From: Tenacibaculum sp.
Lineage (GTDB): Bacteria; Bacteroidota; Bacteroidia; Flavobacteriales; Flavobacteriaceae
Direction: 5' to 3'
NCBI GenBank assembly: GCA_020631475.1
Contig: JAHDHE010000002.1
Span: 3,803 to 67,802, forward strand
DNA: 64,000 bases
Under the pieces are notes generated by a model that saw only the letters and a program-made list of their open reading frames with translations, was not told where the DNA came from and ran no database searches. Made by a program: the position numbers and the translations under genes. The stretch's first letter is position 1. Each line of letters opens with the position of its first letter. Positions 58,628 through 64,000 of this stretch are shown one piece after another.

Positions 58628-59455
58628 ATGCAACAGCTCTTTTATTTCTTTCAGAAGAATAAGTATTTCTTATTTTTTCTATTTCTTGAGATTATAGCTG
58701 TTGCATTAATAATTAACAATCACTCTTTTCATAAAAGTAAAGTCATCAGTTCAACAAACTATATTACTGGTGGAATTTATGAAAAATATTCAGAGGTTTC
58801 AGAATATCTAAGTTTAAAAGAAAGAAATAAAAATCTTACTGTAGAAAATACTATTTTAAAAAATAAGTTAGAAAAACTATATTCATTTATTGATAGTGTT
58901 ACTATAACTAAAATTATAGATACATTAAATTATAATCAGCAGTATAAATATATTAATGGGAAAATAATAAATAACTCCTATAATAAATCGGATAACTTCA
59001 TTACAATAAATAGAGGCTCTACAAATGGCGTTTCCTCTGAAATGGCTGTTATAAACAATAAAGGATTAATTGGTATTACTGATAATGTAAGTCCTAAATA
59101 CGTTAGAGTACAATCTATTTTAAATTCAAATAGTAAAATTAATGCTAGCTTTAAAAACAGTAACCATTTTGGTACTCTATTATGGAATGGAAAAGACTAT
59201 AATATTGTCCAATTAACCGATATTCCTCGTCAAGCAATATTTAAGGTTGGTGACACGATTATAACCGGAGGTAGATCAACTATATTTCCGAAAGGAATTC
59301 CAATAGGAACTGTTGCTAATATCCCTGAAAAACTATCGGCTACAAATACTATTGACATAAAATTATTCAATGACATGTCTAATCTAGGTCATATTTATAT
59401 TATTACAAATCTTAATAAAGAAGAAATAAAAACAGTAGAAAACAAAAATGAATAG
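58628..59455 (+). CDS. mreC: Rod shape-determining protein MreC
   Basis: TM plus coiled coil; GDTIITGG..IFPKGIPIG; operon position. Confidence 0.93.
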   Translation: MQQLFYFFQKNKYFLFFLFLEIIAVALIINNHSFHKSKVISSTNYITGGIYEKYSEVSEYLSLKERNKNLTVENTILKNKLEKLYSFIDSVTITKIIDTLNYNQQYKYINGKIINNSYNKSDNFITINRGSTNGVSSEMAVINNKGLIGITDNVSPKYVRVQSILNSNSKINASFKNSNHFGTLLWNGKDYNIVQLTDIPRQAIFKVGDTIITGGRSTIFPKGIPIGTVANIPEKLSATNTIDIKLFNDMSNLGHIYIITNLNKEEIKTVENKNE

Positions 59456-59954
59456 AACAGTTTATATCGTTTTTTTATTTGCTTTTTTCTTGCTATTGCA
59501 AGTTGTAGTACTTAATAACATTCTATTTTTAGGATATATAAACCCTTATTTATACATCACTTTTGTTTTTCTATATCCACTAAACACAAATCGTTTTCCT
59601 TTTTTAAGTTTAGCTTTTTTACTAGGTTTATGTATAGATGCTTTTTCTAATTCTGGTGGCGTGCATGCTTTTTCAATATTATTTATAGCTTACATTCGAT
59701 TATTTTTTATTCGAACAATTTTAAAAAAAACAACCTCTGATTATTTATTATTCAACTTACGATTAGAAACGTTTGATAAAGTTTTTAATTATACTGCTAT
59801 TTTAACAGTAATACATCATTTTATCTTATTTAGTTTAGTTAATTTTAGTTTTTATAATTTATATGACGTGCTTGTTAATACACTTTTTTCAAGTGTTTTT
59901 ACATTAATCTTATATTTTCTAGGTAGTTTTATATTTAGAAAAAAACTCATTTAG
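59448..59954 (+). CDS. mreD: Rod shape-determining protein MreD
   Basis: Hydrophobic; F.LGL.ID.F; between mreC and mrdA. Confidence 0.88.
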   Translation: MNRTVYIVFLFAFFLLLQVVVLNNILFLGYINPYLYITFVFLYPLNTNRFPFLSLAFLLGLCIDAFSNSGGVHAFSILFIAYIRLFFIRTILKKTTSDYLLFNLRLETFDKVFNYTAILTVIHHFILFSLVNFSFYNLYDVLVNTLFSSVFTLILYFLGSFIFRKKLI

Positions 59955-60009
59955 AGTTAATAACATAATTGTAAAATATATTTTTTTATTAATACCTGTA
60001 TAACAATAA

Positions 60010-61893
60010 ATGAAACGAAGTTTCTTACTTATTTTCTTAATTGCTCTTGTTGGATTAATCTATATTATTAGATTATTTCAACTACAAATTATACGTGGAG
60101 GAAATCAAAATCCTATTCAAGGATCTACTATTAAGATTGAATACGATTACCCAGAGCGGGGTTACATATTTGATCGTAACGGAAAACTTTTGGTTGCAAA
60201 TCAATTATCATATGATGTAATGGTAATTCCTAAAGAAGTTGAACCCCTTGATACACTTGAGTTCTGTAACCTATTAAAAATAACAAAAGAAGATTTTAAA
60301 AAACGTTTTAAAAAAGCTGAAAGATATGCTCGTTGGCTACCATCAAAATTTTTAAAGCAACTAGCTAAAGAAGATTTTGCTTACTTACAAGAAAAGCTAC
60401 CAAAATACAAGGGATTTTATATTCAAAAACGTATTATTAGAAACTACCCTATCAAATCCGCTGCAAATGTTGTTGGGTTTATTGCTGAAGTAAACGAACA
60501 AAAAGCAAGAACAAATAATTACTACGAACAAGGTGAGTTAATAGGTAAACTAGGGGTTGAAAAACAATATGAAAATATTCTTAGAGGTGTTAAAGGTAAA
60601 AAACGCTTTAAAAGAAACAATTTAAATAAAATAACTGGATCATTCAAAAATGGTAAATATGATACTTTAGCTGTTGCTGGAAAAGATTTAACATTAACAA
60701 TTGATAGCGACCTACAACAATATGGTGAATTATTAATGAAAGGAAAAAGAGGAGGAATTGTTGCTCTCGAACCAAAAACAGGTGAAATTTTAGCTTTAAT
60801 TACCGCACCTTCTTATGATCCCAATTTATTAGTCGGAAGAAAAAGATCACCCAATTCAGTTAAATTATTCAACGACACTATTAATATACCTACATTTGAT
60901 AGAGGCTTACAAGCTATGTATCCTCCGGGGTCACCTTTTAAAATTATAAACGGACTTATTGCCCTACAAGAAGGTGTAATCGATAAAAACTTCTACACAT
61001 ATTGCCATCATGGATATCGTTACGGTAATAGAAAAAATGAATTTATGGCTTGCCATTGCGGAATAGTAAACAGACCTATTCGATTAAAAACAGCCATTGC
61101 CAAATCTTGCAATAGTTATTTTTCAACTGCTTATAAAAAAATCATCGACAAATATGAAAACCCAGATATCGGAATTGAAAACTGGAGTAAGCATGCTAAA
61201 AGTTTTGGGTTAGGAAATTATCTTGGTTATGATTTACCTTCTGGTCAACCTGGTAGAATTCCCGATACTAAATTTTACAAAAGATGGTATAAAAGAGGTT
61301 TAAGAACTACCTACACAATATCCAACGCCATTGGGCAAGGTGAAATAGAAACCACCCCTATGCAACTTGCTAACATGACTGCTGCCATAGCTAATCAAGG
61401 TTATTTTCATACGCCTCATATTGTAAAAAAAATAGATAACAAATCGATAACAGATTCTATTTATACAATAAAAAGGAACACTACAATAGATCCCAAACAT
61501 TTTCCAATTGCAATTGAAGCAATGCATGAAGTGTTTACTTACGGAACAGCAAAGTGGTTTCAAGTTAAAGGTTTAGACATTTGTGGAAAAACAGGTACTG
61601 CAGAAAATAAAATAAAAGTTATTGACGGAAAAAAAGTACAAGCTCCAGACCATTCTATACTAATAGCCTTTGCTCCTAAAGACAATCCAAAAATAGCTAT
61701 GGCTGTATATATTGAAAATGGAGGCTACGGCGCTACTTTCGCTGCTCCAATTGCTAGCTTAATGGTTGAAAAGTATTTAAAAGGAACTACCTCAAGAAAG
61801 CAATTAGAAGCCAGAATGAAAAATGCTAACTTGCAAAAAGAATATGATAAATTAATTCCAAAAATAGATACTCTTGAGACAGGAACGAAATAA
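60010..61893 (+). CDS. mrdA: Penicillin-binding protein 2
   Basis: RG.IFDRNG, SPFK (SxxK), SCN, KTGT. Confidence 0.95.
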   Translation: MKRSFLLIFLIALVGLIYIIRLFQLQIIRGGNQNPIQGSTIKIEYDYPERGYIFDRNGKLLVANQLSYDVMVIPKEVEPLDTLEFCNLLKITKEDFKKRFKKAERYARWLPSKFLKQLAKEDFAYLQEKLPKYKGFYIQKRIIRNYPIKSAANVVGFIAEVNEQKARTNNYYEQGELIGKLGVEKQYENILRGVKGKKRFKRNNLNKITGSFKNGKYDTLAVAGKDLTLTIDSDLQQYGELLMKGKRGGIVALEPKTGEILALITAPSYDPNLLVGRKRSPNSVKLFNDTINIPTFDRGLQAMYPPGSPFKIINGLIALQEGVIDKNFYTYCHHGYRYGNRKNEFMACHCGIVNRPIRLKTAIAKSCNSYFSTAYKKIIDKYENPDIGIENWSKHAKSFGLGNYLGYDLPSGQPGRIPDTKFYKRWYKRGLRTTYTISNAIGQGEIETTPMQLANMTAAIANQGYFHTPHIVKKIDNKSITDSIYTIKRNTTIDPKHFPIAIEAMHEVFTYGTAKWFQVKGLDICGKTGTAENKIKVIDGKKVQAPDHSILIAFAPKDNPKIAMAVYIENGGYGATFAAPIASLMVEKYLKGTTSRKQLEARMKNANLQKEYDKLIPKIDTLETGTK

Positions 61894-63151
61894 CATATTT
61901 GCTGGAATTGACTGGATGCTTGTTTTGCTATATATCTTGTTGGTTGGTTTTGGTTGGATGAATATTTACGCAGCTTCTTCTACAGATTCATCAAGAGAAG
62001 TTTTTGATTTCTCTACCAAATACGGAAAGCAATTAGTTTTTATTTGCTTAAGCATTCCTGTTATTATATTTATCCTTTTTTTTAACTCAAAATTTTATGA
62101 GCAATTTTCTAGTGTACTATACATTCTATCCCTAGTGTTACTTGCAGGAGTTTTTGTTTTTGGAAAAAAAATAAATGGTGCCACTTCTTGGTATAATTTT
62201 GGAAGAATTGGATTACAACCTTCTGAATTCTCAAAATCTTTTACTGCTTTAGCGCTTGCTAAATTAATGAGTGACCGTCAGTACAATTTAAAGCTTTTAA
62301 AAAATCAAATGAAAGCTTTTATTGTAATATTTTTACCAGCTTTTTTAATTGCATTGCAACCCGATATGGGATCTGTTTTAATCTATTTCGCATTCTTTTT
62401 TGTTTTAAATAGAGAGGGATTAACATTAGCTTATATACTATTCGGAGCCATATCAATCATATTATTTTTGCTAACCATATATTTTGGTGCCAAATGGATT
62501 CTTATAATTTGCTTATCAATATTAACAATAGGCGTTTTATATGGCTTTTATAAAAACAAACGATTTATCCGATTTAATGCTATTAAAATAATTAGCCTAT
62601 ATCTATTCACAAGCATTTTTGTTTTTGGTATTGGCTATACTTATGATAATATATTAGAACAGCATCAAAAAGACAGATTTAATATTCTTTTAGGTAAAGT
62701 TAAAGACACTCGAGGAATAGGGTATAACTCCCATCAATCAGAATTAACCATAAGTTCGGGTGGATTTTTAGGAAAAGGTTTTTTACAAGGAGATAGAACT
62801 CAAGGAGATTTTGTTCCAGAACAACATACCGATTATATTTATAGTACTGTAGGTGAAGAATGGGGGTTTTTAGGAAGTTCAAGCGTAATAATATTATTCA
62901 TACTACTACTCTATCGAATTATTTATCTAGCAGAAACACATACCAATAAATTTGGCAGAATATATGGTTACGGAATCGCATCTATTCTTTTCTTTCATCT
63001 AATAGTAAACATAGGTATGGTTATCGGATTACTACCTACTATAGGAATTCCTCTACCTTTCTTTAGCTATGGAGGATCTTCACTATGGGGCTTTACCATC
63101 TTACTTTTTATTTTTATTAGGTTAGATGCCCATAAAAAATACGATTGGTAA
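61874..63151 (+). CDS. rodA: Rod shape-determining protein RodA
   Basis: QPSEF.K, QPDMG, PEQHTD, PFFSYGGSS. Confidence 0.95.
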   Translation: MRQERNNIFAGIDWMLVLLYILLVGFGWMNIYAASSTDSSREVFDFSTKYGKQLVFICLSIPVIIFILFFNSKFYEQFSSVLYILSLVLLAGVFVFGKKINGATSWYNFGRIGLQPSEFSKSFTALALAKLMSDRQYNLKLLKNQMKAFIVIFLPAFLIALQPDMGSVLIYFAFFFVLNREGLTLAYILFGAISIILFLLTIYFGAKWILIICLSILTIGVLYGFYKNKRFIRFNAIKIISLYLFTSIFVFGIGYTYDNILEQHQKDRFNILLGKVKDTRGIGYNSHQSELTISSGGFLGKGFLQGDRTQGDFVPEQHTDYIYSTVGEEWGFLGSSSVIILFILLLYRIIYLAETHTNKFGRIYGYGIASILFFHLIVNIGMVIGLLPTIGIPLPFFSYGGSSLWGFTILLFIFIRLDAHKKYDW

Positions 63152-63192
63152 TTGTTATTTAATTTGTTTTAGGTATGTTTTAGGGAAGAAAT

Positions 63193-63222
63193 AAAAAAGG
63201 GCTTCAATCTCTTGAAACCCTT
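63193..63222 (-). terminator. Terminator downstream of the tRNA
   Basis: AAGGG.TTCAA...TTGAA.CCCTT hairpin with U tract on the minus strand. Confidence 0.6.
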
Positions 63223-63233
63223 GTTATTCTTAG

Positions 63234-63306
<73 letters not shown>

Positions 63307-63446
63307 ATTTGCGGTTGCAAATATACATCCTTTTCTTTCTTATATCCAAATAAAACATCATTTATTTTACAACTATTTTATAACTACCACCATAACAGTA
63401 CAATAAAAAACAATAAATCTTAAGTAAAACAACTTATCTTTGCAGC

Positions 63447-64000
63447 ATGACACATAAATCAGGATTTGTAAATATTATTGGTAACCCAAATGTTGGTAAA
63501 TCAACATTAATGAATGCACTAGTTGGTGAAAAACTATCTATCATAACTTCTAAAGCGCAAACAACTCGACACCGTATTTTAGGTATTGTAAATAATGAAG
63601 ATTATCAAGTTGTTTTTTCTGACACTCCAGGGATTATTGAACCAGCATACGAACTACAATCATCAATGATGGATTTTGTGAAATCTGCCTTTGAAGATGC
63701 AGATGTGCTTATTTATATGGTTGAAGTTGGAGAAAAAGAACTTAAAAACGAAGCTTTCTTTAAAAGAATAATCCATAGTGAGATTCCAGTTATTTTACTG
63801 CTAAATAAAATAGATAAATCTTCTCAAGAAGAAGTTGAAGAAAAAATAGCCTATTGGAGAAACAAAGTACCAAACTCTTTCGTTTATGTAATTTCTGCTT
63901 TAGAAAAATTTAATGTAGATACCGTTTTTAATAAAATTGTAGAATTACTTCCTGAAGCACCAGCTTTTTATCCTAAAGATCAACTAACTGATAAATCTGA
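63447..64000 (+). CDS. era: GTPase Era (3'-truncated by window)
   Basis: MTHKSGFVNIIGNPNVGKSTL, QTTRH, DTPG, NKID. Confidence 0.95.
   Translation, partial: MTHKSGFVNIIGNPNVGKSTLMNALVGEKLSIITSKAQTTRHRILGIVNNEDYQVVFSDTPGIIEPAYELQSSMMDFVKSAFEDADVLIYMVEVGEKELKNEAFFKRIIHSEIPVILLLNKIDKSSQEEVEEKIAYWRNKVPNSFVYVISALEKFNVDTVFNKIVELLPEAPAFYPKDQLTDKS

Noticed and set aside
1356-62882. Many 60-130 aa ORFs antisense or out of frame within long genes (e.g. 1356-1586, 2234-2548, 4973-5371, 26331-26675, 61300-61563)
   Set aside because: Shadow ORFs overlapping well-supported genes, with no motifs.

Overview
AT-rich Flavobacteriaceae (Tenacibaculum/Polaribacter-like) chromosomal segment, inferred from gene content and TAnnTTTG promoters. 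It is mostly housekeeping: fhs, secDF, an hpt-adk fusion, obgE, lpxB, surE, prc, lysS, comEC, DPP-IV with two POT transporters, a split mevalonate pathway, a metal-uptake cluster, purH, mreBCD-mrdA-rodA, tRNA-fMet and era. Three things stand out. (1) A small GIY-YIG nuclease gene (38734-39048) is bracketed by inverted copies of a REP-like DNA hairpin (stem-GA-GCGNAGTC-GA-stem). The family has 7 copies in the window, with covarying stems, a free N in a GNA triloop, and two copies translated in-frame inside a GHMP kinase gene. This is a candidate nuclease-associated REP/mobile system. (2) A candidate ~108-nt sRNA (27065-27172, minus strand) has a consensus promoter and terminator. Its unpaired 12-nt segment is exactly complementary to the translation-initiation regions of purH and of the adk half of the hpt-adk fusion. 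(3) A lipoprotein-type polymorphic toxin with an AHH nuclease tip is followed by a candidate immunity gene and an orphan immunity remnant. Two interrupted genes, an unannotated 41-aa ORF and several operator-like repeats were also found. All product calls come from motif recognition, with no database searches.
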